A stretch of DNA of 64,000 nt, from positions 6,007 to 70,006 of IMG/VR virus record IMGVR_UViG_3300044723_009336. One strand, given 5' to 3'. Shown piece after piece: positions 18,501 through 28,676 of the stretch. The position numbers and the translations under genes are program-made. The stretch is from a virus. Under the pieces are notes generated by a model. That model saw only the letters and a list, made by a program, of their open reading frames with translations. It ran no database searches and was not told the DNA's origin. Positions within the stretch are counted from its first letter, which is position 1; each line of letters begins with the position of its first letter.

Positions 18501-21241
18501 TTACGATTACAGACGGAGAGGTCGCAATTGGTCAATCTGTCGGTACGACCGATGACGTAACATTTGGAGCAGTAACTGGTGACTCTGCTATCTTTGGTGA
18601 GGTCGCATTCAATACAAGTTTCCACGATAGCCATATAGGATTTCAAGAGGGTGCTTTATGGTATGATCCTCATCATAAGAACCTAAATTATTATACAGAC
18701 TTTGATCATCCAATTGAAATCGGTTTGCAGGTTGTTGAGAGAGTCTATAATAATAACGGATATCAGATCAATAAAGGACAACCTCTCTATTATTCTGGTA
18801 ACAGAACCGATGAAGCGGGACAGGAATCACCAACAGTTAGTCTTGCGAATGCTACTTCTGCTTCGAAGTATAATGTCCAAGGTCTTGCTGCAGAGGACAT
18901 ACCTGACGGAGCATATGGACAGATTGTTGTAGCAGGTGTCATTGACGGATTTGACACATCAGGTCTTACTGCAGGACTAAACTTCTTTGCCGGTCTCACT
19001 GATGGGGCAGTTCAAAATGCTGCACCGACTTATCCAAACTATCCAATGTGTCTTGGTTGGGTCATCAAATCAGATTCATCAGATGGTAAAGTTATCATCA
19101 ATCAGCAGAACCACTCGGTAAATTCATTCAGAGTTCAGGGTGATACTCACATTAGTTCGGATCTTCGAGTTGATGGTGACTTGATTGTTGTTGGTACTCA
19201 GACAATCACGTCAACAGCTAATGTTGAAATTGGTGGTAATATTCAGTATCTGAATGCTGGTGATACGATTGGTGAGGCAGGAACGACATTCGTTGGATCA
19301 GGATTAGATGACGCATTCTTTGCTGGACACTATTCAGGAGATAGTTCTACCAAGTCATTCTTTGTCAAAATTGATGCAACAGGTGGCACTGATACATTTG
19401 AATGGGGATTCGATAGTTCAGTCGGAACAGAAGCGACTGGAATAGCTATAACTGGTTCTGCACAATTACTTGACAGTGATTATGGAATCAAGATTGACTT
19501 CGGTGCTACAACAGGTCATACGACTGGTGATAAGTGGACTGGTACTGCTACAGCGACTGATATCGATACCGGATTCTTTACGAATAGAAATACTGGTGAT
19601 GCTGGAGATGGTTACACCCACATAGGATTATTCTTTGACGTATCAGAAAATAAATGGACGTTCCTCAACGACTATGAACCGGAACCAGAAGCACCTATCA
19701 ATCTTTCTGCACCTGGACTAGAATATGGTACAGTTAAAGCGGCATCATTTGAAGGTAATCTGACTGGTGCGGTAACTGGTAATGCATCTACTGCGACAAC
19801 TGCAACAAACGTAACTTCAACAGCAAATAATACAGCAAATGAAACTGTCTATCTGACATTTGTAGATGGTCAGACTGGTGCTCAAGGTATTGAAACAGAT
19901 CTACAACTCACATATAATCCAAGTACGAATACAATCACGGCAGGTACATTCAGTGGATCTGGTGCATCACTTACATCACTCAATGCTTCAAATATTTCTT
20001 CAGGTACGATATCGGACGATCGTTTACCTGGATCAATTACTTCAGATATAACAGGTAATGCTGCAACAGCAACTGCACTTGCAACTGGAAGAACGATTGA
20101 CGTAACAGGTGTAACTGCTACAGGTCAGAGTTTTGATGGTACGGCATCTATCAACATCGAAGTTACTGCAGTTCCTGCATCATTGCTGACAGGAACAATT
20201 GATAACGCAAGAATAAGTCTCGATGCTGCAGAGATTCCGAATCTTGCCACATCAAAGATAACTTCAGGTGTGTTTGACTCAGCAAGAATACCTTTTATTC
20301 CTGGTGGCGATGCCGATACACTTGGTGGTCAAGCAGGAAGTTATTACACAAACGCTTCGAATATTTCTTCTGGTACACTTGCTTCTGCTCGATTACCAGA
20401 TCTTGCAGTTTCTGACTTTGCTGCATCTGCGATCGTAACTGAAGCAGAAGGATTAGCATCAAGTGACAACGATACTTCATTACCAACAACTGCAGCAGTT
20501 GTTGATTATGTTGCTAATACCGCAGGTGGAACAGACTCTGCGACGGTCAGTGCAATTATTACTGCCGATGTTGATAATGCATTCGTAGATGCCTTAAATG
20601 TAAATGCTGCGACAGTTACTGCTACTGCAAATAATACAGCGAATGAAACAGTTTATCTTACGTTTGTAGATGGCGCAACAGGTGAGCAGGGTATTGAAAC
20701 AGATACATTCCTTACATATAATCCAGCAACAAATTCATTAACATTAGGAACAAGTGGTGAGGGTCTTACTCTTAATGATGCTGGAGTTATAACTGCAAAT
20801 GGAAACACTCTTGTACTTAATAGCACAAGTGCAACTGCATTACAACATAATGGAAGCACTAAATTACAAACAACTTCATCTGGTATCGACGTCAACGGAT
20901 CAGTCACAGTCGGTACAAGTGACACATATGTTCTTGATGCTGCCGAGTCAACTCTCTCTACAGTTACACAAACTGCCATAACTACTTTTGACCAAGCGAC
21001 ATATGGTGCTGCTAAGTTTATCGTTACAGCAGTGAGTGGAGGAGAGAGACATATCACTGAAATACTTGTAACACATGATGGAACAACTGCAGTTGCGACT
21101 GAATATGGTACAGTGACTACAAATGGAATACTCGCAACATATGACGTAGACATAAACGGTGATAATGTAAGATTACTTGCGACTGGAGAGTCGGCAACTT
21201 CTACTTCATATAAGGTAGTCAAAACATTGATTGAGGCATAA
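15566..21241 (+). CDS. Long tail fibre/structural protein with internal repeats (1891 aa)
   Basis: Gly/Thr/Ser/Asp-rich. Repeated DLSEGTNLYYT, YGSATQIP and TISTADGGSF modules. C-terminal AKFIV...EILVTHDG...EYG domain. GAGG RBS. Confidence 0.8.
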   Translation: MAIKVTSTGQTTFVKKIVVGTPVRSVTESTTINSLTDVISTNTSNGQILIYDSDEGAFKNSDLIGGTGITSTYSNDSDKTTLSITNTGVTAGSYGTAFSIPNITINEQGQITAVAEEAVEVPLSDGTNTYNLNSTDERLTFKGSNAIKPTLSANEINYAIDSTADATLTNLTLTGDLRGPAVFTIDPAGIGDNTGRVVIAGDLQVDGTTTTINSTELTIEDVNIVLADGALDSADADGAGLTVSGANATFTYDNSSSKWVLNRGLVVSGDLIPNVDSAYDLGSNSAKWKDLHLSGSTIFLGGLKLKDSSTQFSVTDSADTPVNFNLEGSIDQIRGFFSAAGDLSYNSSTGEFTFDVEQVYTKANFDSDFNTALDEASINGNGLSYDSSTNTLSITDTGVIAGEYGSSTQIPVVTVNARGQIDSIGEVLVAGVTNFVWNSGTSTATISTADGGSFSAIINNFGDDQVLSFGQDSDLQIYYTDGTDTSTISVKQSNGVLKVQANSGFEDMAVFNGGGSVDLYHSNNKKFETKSTGVTVTGNLAANTITRSDATDHSGEYGSATQIPILTVDASGFIDSIGEVLVAGVTGLVYDSATGNLTISTADGGSFSDSINLSPFTTDNLSEGSNLYYTDTRVRNALSASGDLSYDQGTGQFSIDVEDIYTKANFDSDLGAALDGGTGITYDSSTDTISITDTGVIAATYGSASQIPVFTVNAQGQLDSAGSVAVAGVTNFAWDSSTSQATITTADGGSFPATINGFGNNQRLYFGDANDLQIYNNGTNSIIAEGGIGDLVIQGANIRLENGSGEYYLRTYNNGKVELYYDNSKKLETTDSGITVTGSIVGNYAGFDSDFTQKSTSDLSEGTNLYYTTVRSDSDFDIRLATKSTSDLSEGTNLYYTTVRVDSDIDAAFVAKSTDDLSEGSTNLYYTSARADSDAKNAISVTDNGGDGSLSYTPATGVISYTGPSASEVRAHFSGGTGVTITDGEVAIGQSVGTTDDVTFGAVTGDSAIFGEVAFNTSFHDSHIGFQEGALWYDPHHKNLNYYTDFDHPIEIGLQVVERVYNNNGYQINKGQPLYYSGNRTDEAGQESPTVSLANATSASKYNVQGLAAEDIPDGAYGQIVVAGVIDGFDTSGLTAGLNFFAGLTDGAVQNAAPTYPNYPMCLGWVIKSDSSDGKVIINQQNHSVNSFRVQGDTHISSDLRVDGDLIVVGTQTITSTANVEIGGNIQYLNAGDTIGEAGTTFVGSGLDDAFFAGHYSGDSSTKSFFVKIDATGGTDTFEWGFDSSVGTEATGIAITGSAQLLDSDYGIKIDFGATTGHTTGDKWTGTATATDIDTGFFTNRNTGDAGDGYTHIGLFFDVSENKWTFLNDYEPEPEAPINLSAPGLEYGTVKAASFEGNLTGAVTGNASTATTATNVTSTANNTANETVYLTFVDGQTGAQGIETDLQLTYNPSTNTITAGTFSGSGASLTSLNASNISSGTISDDRLPGSITSDITGNAATATALATGRTIDVTGVTATGQSFDGTASINIEVTAVPASLLTGTIDNARISLDAAEIPNLATSKITSGVFDSARIPFIPGGDADTLGGQAGSYYTNASNISSGTLASARLPDLAVSDFAASAIVTEAEGLASSDNDTSLPTTAAVVDYVANTAGGTDSATVSAIITADVDNAFVDALNVNAATVTATANNTANETVYLTFVDGATGEQGIETDTFLTYNPATNSLTLGTSGEGLTLNDAGVITANGNTLVLNSTSATALQHNGSTKLQTTSSGIDVNGSVTVGTSDTYVLDAAESTLSTVTQTAITTFDQATYGAAKFIVTAVSGGERHITEILVTHDGTTAVATEYGTVTTNGILATYDVDINGDNVRLLATGESATSTSYKVVKTLIEA
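18121..18370 (+). repeat. Three tandem ~87-90 nt coding repeats (KSTSDLSEGTNLYYTTVRxDSD)
   Basis: Visible in the translation. A fourth degenerate copy lies near 17415-17465. Confidence 0.8.
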
Positions 21242-21243
21242 TT

Positions 21244-21891
21244 ATGGCTACTCGTTATAATCCTAAAATAGTAACAGATGGATTAACTGCTTTACATGAT
21301 GCGGGAAATACTAGATCTTATCCTGGATCAGGAACTGCAGTAACTGATATATCATCTGGAAATAATAACGGAACGATGAATGGTGTGACATTTTCTGCGG
21401 AAGGTGGAGGTAGTTTTGTCTTTGATGCAACTACTGAAGTCATAGATGCAAATATAACAATGCCTCAGCAATACACTCTAGAATTTGCTATATACAGGGA
21501 AGATTACACAGATTCAGAATCAAATAATTATAAATTTTTATTTCATGCCGCAACAGCAAATTTTATAATTATTGAAGAAGATGGAAATATATCGCACAGA
21601 GTTCCTGGCGTGTCTAACGTTAATTTTATAAGTGGAAACATTCCTGTTCAAACATGGACTATATGTGCTGTCACTTATAATCAAAGTTTAAGATCTAACT
21701 ATGTAAATGGCATATTAACTGGAAGTAATTCTGTAGGTTCTGGTACAGTTATTAATACGACTGAAGCAGGATTAAGTAATAGTAGAAATTTTATAGGTAA
21801 ACTTGCATATTATAAAATGTATAATAGAGCACTTACTGCATCTGAAATAGCACAAAACTATAACGCACTCAAAGGGAGGTTCGGTCTCTAA
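21244..21891 (+). CDS. LamG/concanavalin A-like lectin-fold protein 1
   Basis: IVTDGL...DAGNTRSYPGSG N-terminus and YNRALTASEIAQNYNALKGRFGL C-terminus. Confidence 0.8.
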   Translation: MATRYNPKIVTDGLTALHDAGNTRSYPGSGTAVTDISSGNNNGTMNGVTFSAEGGGSFVFDATTEVIDANITMPQQYTLEFAIYREDYTDSESNNYKFLFHAATANFIIIEEDGNISHRVPGVSNVNFISGNIPVQTWTICAVTYNQSLRSNYVNGILTGSNSVGSGTVINTTEAGLSNSRNFIGKLAYYKMYNRALTASEIAQNYNALKGRFGL

Positions 21892-22568
21892 TGGCACTAC
21901 GACACTCTCCTAAAATAGTAACAGATGGATTAGTACTCGCAGTTGATGCAGCAAACACTAGATCGTATCCTGGATCTGGAAGCACATGGAGTGACCTGAG
22001 TGGCAGTGGAAATCATGGTACGATAAGTGGTGATGGTGTTGTATATAGCAGTGATAACAATGGAACTTTAGTGTTTGATGGTGTTGGTGATGACGTAGAA
22101 TTTGGTCCTGGAGCAACTTCTGTATTTACTTATTCAGCATGGTTCAATACAGATGTAGTTTCTGATGGTTTTAGAACTATTCTTGGTTATGCTGGTTCTA
22201 ATTATTCTATGATAATATTAGAAAATGATGCATCGCATATAACATTTTGGGCTAGTGATGGATTGAATCTTTCTTATCGATTAGGCACACCCGCTATATC
22301 TACAGGTAGATGGTATAATGTAGTATTTATTCGTGAGGGTAGTAATATAACAGGAGGTTATAAAGCCTATTTAGATTCAGTTTTTACAGGTAGCTTAAAT
22401 TCTGGTACACAGACACTAAGCACCAATGATTTTCATATTGGAGGTAGACCAGATACTTCTCAATTTTTTGATGGAAAGATATCTTCAGTATCAGTTTACA
22501 ACCGAGCATTATCTGCATCTGAAATAGCACAAAACTATAACGCACTCAAAGGAAGATTTGGATTATGA
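21891..22568 (+). CDS. LamG/concanavalin A-like lectin-fold protein 2
   Basis: Same terminal motifs. WYNVVF and FDGKISSVSVYNRALS. Confidence 0.82.
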   Translation: MALRHSPKIVTDGLVLAVDAANTRSYPGSGSTWSDLSGSGNHGTISGDGVVYSSDNNGTLVFDGVGDDVEFGPGATSVFTYSAWFNTDVVSDGFRTILGYAGSNYSMIILENDASHITFWASDGLNLSYRLGTPAISTGRWYNVVFIREGSNITGGYKAYLDSVFTGSLNSGTQTLSTNDFHIGGRPDTSQFFDGKISSVSVYNRALSASEIAQNYNALKGRFGL

Positions 22569-23224
22569 GTGTAGCTGCTGGACCAGATATAGTAGAAGAT
22601 GGATTAGTACTCGCACTTGATGCAGGAAATATTCGTTCATATCCAGGAAGTGGATCTAGTTGGATAGATATAAGTTCTAACAATAAGAATTTTACTCTCA
22701 GTGGTGGACCAAGTTTTACAACTTTAAATGGGATATCATGTGCTGATAAAACTGGAAGTGGTAAAATCAGTAATACTTCAATGCCAAATTTAGGAAATAA
22801 TTATACTTTAATGTCATGGGCATATTCCCTTACAGATGCTCAAACTTCTGATTGGAGAACTTTATTTCGTACAGATACAGATGAGCATCCTATATTAATA
22901 CAAAATACAACAAATTTGATCGGTATGTGGGACGGAACTTTTAGATCTTATGGGATAACTGCAGACAACTACGAAGGTAAATGGACATGCTACACTGCAG
23001 TTGGTATAGGAGGAAGTTCTCAAACTCTATATTTAAATGATGGTAGTGTAAACGCATCAGTGAATTATAATTCTACAGGCGAGGCTTTAGATTATATTGG
23101 TGGAGATGTCCTTGGTTATCAAAATTTTGGTTATGTTGCGACAGCATTTTTTTATGATAAATCTCTTTCGCAGTTAGAAGTCAAACAAAACTATAACGCA
23201 CTCAAATCTCGCTTTGGGTTGTAA
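22565..23224 (+). CDS. LamG/concanavalin A-like lectin-fold protein 3
   Basis: IVEDGLVLALDAGNIRSYPGSG...YDKSLSQLEVKQNYNALKSRFGL. Confidence 0.8.
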   Translation: MSVAAGPDIVEDGLVLALDAGNIRSYPGSGSSWIDISSNNKNFTLSGGPSFTTLNGISCADKTGSGKISNTSMPNLGNNYTLMSWAYSLTDAQTSDWRTLFRTDTDEHPILIQNTTNLIGMWDGTFRSYGITADNYEGKWTCYTAVGIGGSSQTLYLNDGSVNASVNYNSTGEALDYIGGDVLGYQNFGYVATAFFYDKSLSQLEVKQNYNALKSRFGL

Positions 23225-23229
23225 TTTAT

Positions 23230-23237
23230 TATAAATA
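23230..23237 (+). promoter_or_regulatory. T4-type late promoter (TATAAATA)
   Basis: Exact consensus in the gap before the second fibre gene. Confidence 0.8.
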
Positions 23238-23271
23238 GTACTAAATAGCCGAACTGGGGAGAGTGAACCAT

Positions 23272-26200
23272 ATGGCAAACGATAAAAGATTTATAGTCAA
23301 AAATGGACTACGTGCCGACAATGTAGAGTTCACAGACTCGCAAGACGGCTCCAATCAAATTACTCTTAACATGCTCAACACAGACACTCTCAACTTTGAG
23401 GGTGATGCTGGTTCGCTATTTTCTATTTCAGATGATCTCACAGGTACAGTATTCTCTGTTGGTGATATATCTGGTATTCCAATCATAGAGGCAAATGGTG
23501 ACACTCATAACGTAACCTTCAACGAGTTTGATGGTAAGGTGATGATTGGTGGCACTGACTCTGGTTCGACAGACTCAGATGTATTGAATGTCACAGGTAA
23601 CGTACGAGCAACTGCATATTACGGAGATGGTTCAAACTTATCAGGGATATCAGCGGGTGGAACAGACTCTGCAACAGTCAGTGCAATCATTACTGCAGAT
23701 GTTGATAACGCATTCGTCGACGCACTGAACGTCAATGCTGCAACAGTCACATCGACAGCAAATAATACAACGAATGAAACAGTTTATCTTACGTTTGTAG
23801 ACGGTGCAACTGGTGAACAAGGTATCGAGACAGATACTTCTCTCTTCTATAATCCGAGTACGAACATAATTTCAATTGGTAATGATACTGATAACTATGG
23901 AATTATTGGCAGAGCGAGAATGGGTTTCACTGGGTTCTCTGATTATGCTGGATTTGCACATATAGATAATGCCACGACTACTAATTATGCTCTCCTTCAT
24001 CAAAACAATGGGTCAACATATCTAAACGCAGCATCTGGTGGGAGTATTGCGTTCAGAAACAATAACGTCAACGTTGCCGTTATGAATGCCAATACTTTAG
24101 AGATGCAAGATAATAAAGATCTCGCTCTCGGTACAAGTAGTGATCTCAGTCTAGTACACGACGGATCAAACTCTTATATCAATCAGACTGGTACAGGTAA
24201 TCTATACATTCGTCAGAACAGCACAAATAATATATCTCTGACAGATAACGCAACATATCTTTATTATGCTGGTAATAGTCGTCTCCAGACAACAAGTGCC
24301 GGAATAACTGTAACAGGGACTGCTTCCGCAACTACATTTAGTGGATCCGGTGCTTCTCTTACATCACTTCCAGCAGGCCAACTAACTGGAACAATTGATT
24401 CTGCTAGACTCCCAGTTATTGCATCCGCAAATGATGCTGGAACATTAGACGGAATCAATAGTACATCTTTCTTACGCAGTGATGCCGCAGATACAAAGAC
24501 AAGTGGGACTTTATCATTTAGTGATACTGTCACATTAGATTTTGGTGCTGGTGTCGATTTGAGACTGAGAAGTAATGGCACTAATGGTTATATAGAACAA
24601 ACGAGTGGTAATTCTATTGTTTATAAATCAGGTGGTCATAGTTTTAGAAATGCGGCAGATACAGAACAATTAGCTAAATTTACAGAAAACAGCGCAGTAG
24701 AACTTTATCACGACAACAGCAAAAAGTTTGAAACTACTAGCACAGGCGCGACAGTAACAGGCACTTTGGTAGCTGATGGTGTAGATTTAGGTGACAGTGA
24801 AGAATTACGAATAGGGACTTCTCAAGATTTACGCCTATACCACGATGGAACTAATTCATATATAACTCATAATAATATTGTTACTTCTTCATTAATTATA
24901 CAGAACATCAATACTGACAATAATTCAACAGATGGTATTCGCATAGAAACTATCGACAATACTGCTAGTGGTTTAGATAATTATGTTCATTTGCCAAATA
25001 ATGCAGGTGTAGTATTAGGTGCTTCTGGAGTTGATAAAGTAAGTGTTCTTGGAAGTGGTTCATTTTTTAATCACGATATTATTTTGAATAGCCCTTCTTA
25101 CGAACTTAAATTTAGAGATGGTAGTTACTACACCATATTAGATGCAGTTATATCTGGTTCTCAAGACCACACTGTTACATTACCTGCTGCGACAGGCACT
25201 GTTCCAGTATTTACAACAGCACCAACAGGGGCAATAGCAGATGGCACTAATGGACAGGTGCTAACTACAAATGGGTCTGGTGGTTTATCGTTCACAACGG
25301 TTTCTGGTGGTGGTGGACTAGATTCAGCAGATGTACTTACAGTCAGTGGTCTAACATCAGGATTCAGAGAATATCAAGGTGGAACTACATTTGATCCGGC
25401 AGGTGGTGGTACTGGAACTGATACTGCAACTGATGTTGGTGTAGCTCTTACTTCTGGAACTAGAATTGTTGGAACTGATAATGGATATATTAGAACATTA
25501 TTAGAATGGAACGCGAGTAATACATTAAATATTGGGCAAAGTGGCACTACTCTTATACAACATGTTAGAATCTTTGGTGGTACGCAGGGTGTTGAATTAT
25601 ATGAAAATGGTACAAAACGATTAGAAACTACACCAACTGGCGCTACAGTTACTGGTGAATTAGTTGCTGATTCTGCATCTTTTTCTGGCCCAATACACGT
25701 AGATAATGATGGCACTGATGGACCAGGATCTGGTATTCGAGTCGCTAATACTGAATTCTATGATTTTGGTAGCGGTGATCCTACATTTAGAAATGTAACG
25801 AGTAATACCAAAACTGTTCTTAGAGTTTTACCGAATGGCACAGGAATGTCAGGAGGATTTCCTGCAAACCAATCTTCTGCATTTGAATTTTTTGGTAAAG
25901 ATTATCATACTGATGCTACAACATATCACAATTTTAGAATTTTAGGAAGAGAAGATTCGGATTATATTATTGATACTTCTCACGGTACATCATCTCCAAC
26001 AAATAAAGGTATAAGATTCAACTTAGGATCTAAGGGTGGAAGTTATTCTGCAGAAAATATACTAGTTCTATCAGGTGATAGTGACGGTGGAACAATGGGT
26101 AATGTTGGTATTGGTACAGCAACACCAGCAACTAAACTTGACGTGAATGGTATTATAACTGCTACTGCGGTTCAGGATGCTACTTATTTATCTACAGTCT

Positions 26201-26859
26201 CTGGTTCTAGTACGAGTAAGATCAGATTATGGGATGAAACTAATACTTCACAATATGTCATAGGGATGTCAGATGGATATACATTTGGTGGTTTAAATAA
26301 TGATTATGCTATTAACTTCACTATGTCCAACACCAATAGTCGTGGATTTATCTTTGATGACAATGGCCATGGCAGTAATAGTGGCGCAATGGCGATTACC
26401 ACAGATGGTAAAGTAACAGTTGCACATAGTATTCGTGTAGGATATGGTGAAACAGATACTACGACTCCTGGTGCTACACACACGCTTGATGTCAATGGAT
26501 CATTTGCAGCAACCACAAAATCATTCGTAATTGATCATCCGACTAAAGAAGGTAAGAGACTTCGTTATGGATCACTCGAGGGTCCAGAGAATGGCGTCTA
26601 TGTTCGGGGTCGACTCAAAGGTGATAACAGAATTCAACTTCCTGATTACTGGACTGGACTCGTTGATGAGGACACGATCACAGTCAATCTGACACCAATC
26701 GGTAATCAGCAAAGTCTCTTTGTTGAAGACATAGCAGATAATCAGATACTGATTGGTGGTTGTAGAAAACACGTAGATGCTTGGGACATCAACTGTTTCT
26801 ATACTGTCTACGGTGAACGTAAAGATGTAGATCAATTGGTTGTGGAGTACGATGCATAA
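23272..26859 (+). CDS. Long tail fibre protein (~1195 aa)
   Basis: Shaft repeats (DLRLYHDGTNSYI, KFETTSTGATVTG) and a C-terminal KSFVIDHPTKEGKRLRYGSLEGPENGVYVRG domain typical of phage fibre ends. Start set at ATG 23272 (track GTG 23263). Confidence 0.82.
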   Translation: MANDKRFIVKNGLRADNVEFTDSQDGSNQITLNMLNTDTLNFEGDAGSLFSISDDLTGTVFSVGDISGIPIIEANGDTHNVTFNEFDGKVMIGGTDSGSTDSDVLNVTGNVRATAYYGDGSNLSGISAGGTDSATVSAIITADVDNAFVDALNVNAATVTSTANNTTNETVYLTFVDGATGEQGIETDTSLFYNPSTNIISIGNDTDNYGIIGRARMGFTGFSDYAGFAHIDNATTTNYALLHQNNGSTYLNAASGGSIAFRNNNVNVAVMNANTLEMQDNKDLALGTSSDLSLVHDGSNSYINQTGTGNLYIRQNSTNNISLTDNATYLYYAGNSRLQTTSAGITVTGTASATTFSGSGASLTSLPAGQLTGTIDSARLPVIASANDAGTLDGINSTSFLRSDAADTKTSGTLSFSDTVTLDFGAGVDLRLRSNGTNGYIEQTSGNSIVYKSGGHSFRNAADTEQLAKFTENSAVELYHDNSKKFETTSTGATVTGTLVADGVDLGDSEELRIGTSQDLRLYHDGTNSYITHNNIVTSSLIIQNINTDNNSTDGIRIETIDNTASGLDNYVHLPNNAGVVLGASGVDKVSVLGSGSFFNHDIILNSPSYELKFRDGSYYTILDAVISGSQDHTVTLPAATGTVPVFTTAPTGAIADGTNGQVLTTNGSGGLSFTTVSGGGGLDSADVLTVSGLTSGFREYQGGTTFDPAGGGTGTDTATDVGVALTSGTRIVGTDNGYIRTLLEWNASNTLNIGQSGTTLIQHVRIFGGTQGVELYENGTKRLETTPTGATVTGELVADSASFSGPIHVDNDGTDGPGSGIRVANTEFYDFGSGDPTFRNVTSNTKTVLRVLPNGTGMSGGFPANQSSAFEFFGKDYHTDATTYHNFRILGREDSDYIIDTSHGTSSPTNKGIRFNLGSKGGSYSAENILVLSGDSDGGTMGNVGIGTATPATKLDVNGIITATAVQDATYLSTVSGSSTSKIRLWDETNTSQYVIGMSDGYTFGGLNNDYAINFTMSNTNSRGFIFDDNGHGSNSGAMAITTDGKVTVAHSIRVGYGETDTTTPGATHTLDVNGSFAATTKSFVIDHPTKEGKRLRYGSLEGPENGVYVRGRLKGDNRIQLPDYWTGLVDEDTITVNLTPIGNQQSLFVEDIADNQILIGGCRKHVDAWDINCFYTVYGERKDVDQLVVEYDA

Positions 26860-28676
26860 TGTCAATCGTTATTAAACCGACTGCATCAAACAGTAACTTT
26901 CGAAGGTTAACTGGTGCTGAATCTAAATGGATGATTCCGCAATCATTGACATATAAATTTTCTGCTTTTGAAAATAATACTCGACTATTTCGAAATGGAA
27001 CTTTCAGTACTAATCTTTCAAAACAAACTATTACATCGATAGCTCTTACTGCTGGAGACGTAATGTCTTCTGATAAACCATTTACTTTTTGTTCAACTGG
27101 TGGTGGAACTCTTGGTATTTGTTATGCTTGGGAAGGGACTATCTTTGGTCATAGAATTGATCGATATACTCCTACATTTTATATTACAGCAACGAGAAAA
27201 ACCGCGACTGTTACGATTACAAGACAGACAGGCGGAACAGTTGTTGTAAATGCTCAGTCAGTGGAAAAGGATGAACTCTTTACATATACTGCAGCAGATA
27301 CAGATGATCAATATATTATTACTTCTGATACCCCGATTGCTTGTTATGTAGATGACGTAGAAGGTTCAGGAGATGCTGCAGACTCACTTCCGCTCTTTCC
27401 AGCTTCAACAGACCTATTCGGAACATTTTCAGGTGGAGGTCACATTATAGCTTCACAAGCAACTACTAGTTATAATGGATATGGAAGTGGTGGCGCAACA
27501 ATAAGTGGAACTCTATCTGCTATCGGAGCCGCGACAGAAAATGTTCTAGGCGCCGGCAGTCAATTTACCGGAGCATCATCTCGTATAATAGCAGACAAAC
27601 CTATTTTTGTTGAATCACAAGCCGATGCTGATGGTGGAGAAATGACTCCGTTTGTATCAAAGGAAGCATTCGGTACGCAGTTTATCATACCGAGTAATGA
27701 AAATGAATTTGTTAAACTTACGAGTGACGTACCTGCAAACTATGAAGTATTTAACTCAAGTGGAACCTCAGTTGGAACTGGAACACTTTCTGGAATAGAT
27801 ATATCTGGAGTAGAAGGTGGGATATATGATGCGTACCTTGGAAGCGCGACAGCAGGAAGTACTCTTACAACTGAAGGTAATTTGATTGTTACAGATCAAC
27901 CAGTCTATGCGATCTTTGAAGCTGACGGAGATGATGAGACTGTACTCATCGCAAGAGCACCAGTCAACAATGGATCAACTAATGTAAATGCAAAAACTGT
28001 AACAGATGGATTAATATTTTATTATGACTTTGCTAATACTCGATCATATCCAGGCACGGGATCTACTGTGAACGACTTAAGTATTGTAGGAAACACCTCC
28101 GGTTCGACTGTAGGATCTCCATCATTCTTATCATCTAATTTAGGCGTATTTGACTTTTCTCTCGGAAATAATTATCTTTCGTATAATTGTGAAAACCAAA
28201 GTACAGTATTCAATGGTAGTAATAATTTTACTATGTCTTTATGGTTCAATCCAGATGCAGTAGCACCAAGTACAGGACATAGTGATGCTCCATTGCTTTT
28301 TAGAATAGGAACGCAATTATTATTTTTTACTATGGGTGATGGCGGTGCAGCAGATGAGTTACATTTAAGAGTAAATCAAAATTCAACTTGGCAAACAACA
28401 GTTTCATCTACTTCATTAGATCTACAAGAATGGTATTGTTTTGTAGTAACATATAACGCATCAAGTGGGTATGTTTCTTATACAAATGGAGTACAAACAG
28501 AAACAAGTAGTGTTACAGGAACAATCGCTTCATCAAGTAGTGTCAATTCAATCGGAAGTGTAACTAATAGAGAATATGATGGAAGGATAGCTGCAGCATT
28601 ACTCTACAATCGCGATCTTTCAGCAACAGAAGTAGCACAAAACTTTGAAGCATTACGAGGAAGGTTTGGTATATAA
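26859..28676 (+). CDS. Two-domain adhesin: IgGFc-binding-like N-terminal region plus LamG domain
   Basis: Repeated SDKPF/SDTPI/ADKPI/TDQPV strands and FGTQFIIP. C-terminal VTDGLIFYYDFANTRSYPG...EVAQNFEALRGRFGI. Confidence 0.65.
   Translation: MSIVIKPTASNSNFRRLTGAESKWMIPQSLTYKFSAFENNTRLFRNGTFSTNLSKQTITSIALTAGDVMSSDKPFTFCSTGGGTLGICYAWEGTIFGHRIDRYTPTFYITATRKTATVTITRQTGGTVVVNAQSVEKDELFTYTAADTDDQYIITSDTPIACYVDDVEGSGDAADSLPLFPASTDLFGTFSGGGHIIASQATTSYNGYGSGGATISGTLSAIGAATENVLGAGSQFTGASSRIIADKPIFVESQADADGGEMTPFVSKEAFGTQFIIPSNENEFVKLTSDVPANYEVFNSSGTSVGTGTLSGIDISGVEGGIYDAYLGSATAGSTLTTEGNLIVTDQPVYAIFEADGDDETVLIARAPVNNGSTNVNAKTVTDGLIFYYDFANTRSYPGTGSTVNDLSIVGNTSGSTVGSPSFLSSNLGVFDFSLGNNYLSYNCENQSTVFNGSNNFTMSLWFNPDAVAPSTGHSDAPLLFRIGTQLLFFTMGDGGAADELHLRVNQNSTWQTTVSSTSLDLQEWYCFVVTYNASSGYVSYTNGVQTETSSVTGTIASSSSVNSIGSVTNREYDGRIAAALLYNRDLSATEVAQNFEALRGRFGI

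Noticed and set aside
20653-21222. 189-aa minus-strand ORF (also 48980-49600, 24264-24581, 25374-25715, 50306-50677 and similar)
   Set aside because: These lie entirely antisense to well-supported genes, lack RBS or recognisable motifs, and are expected from the codon bias of the sense gene.
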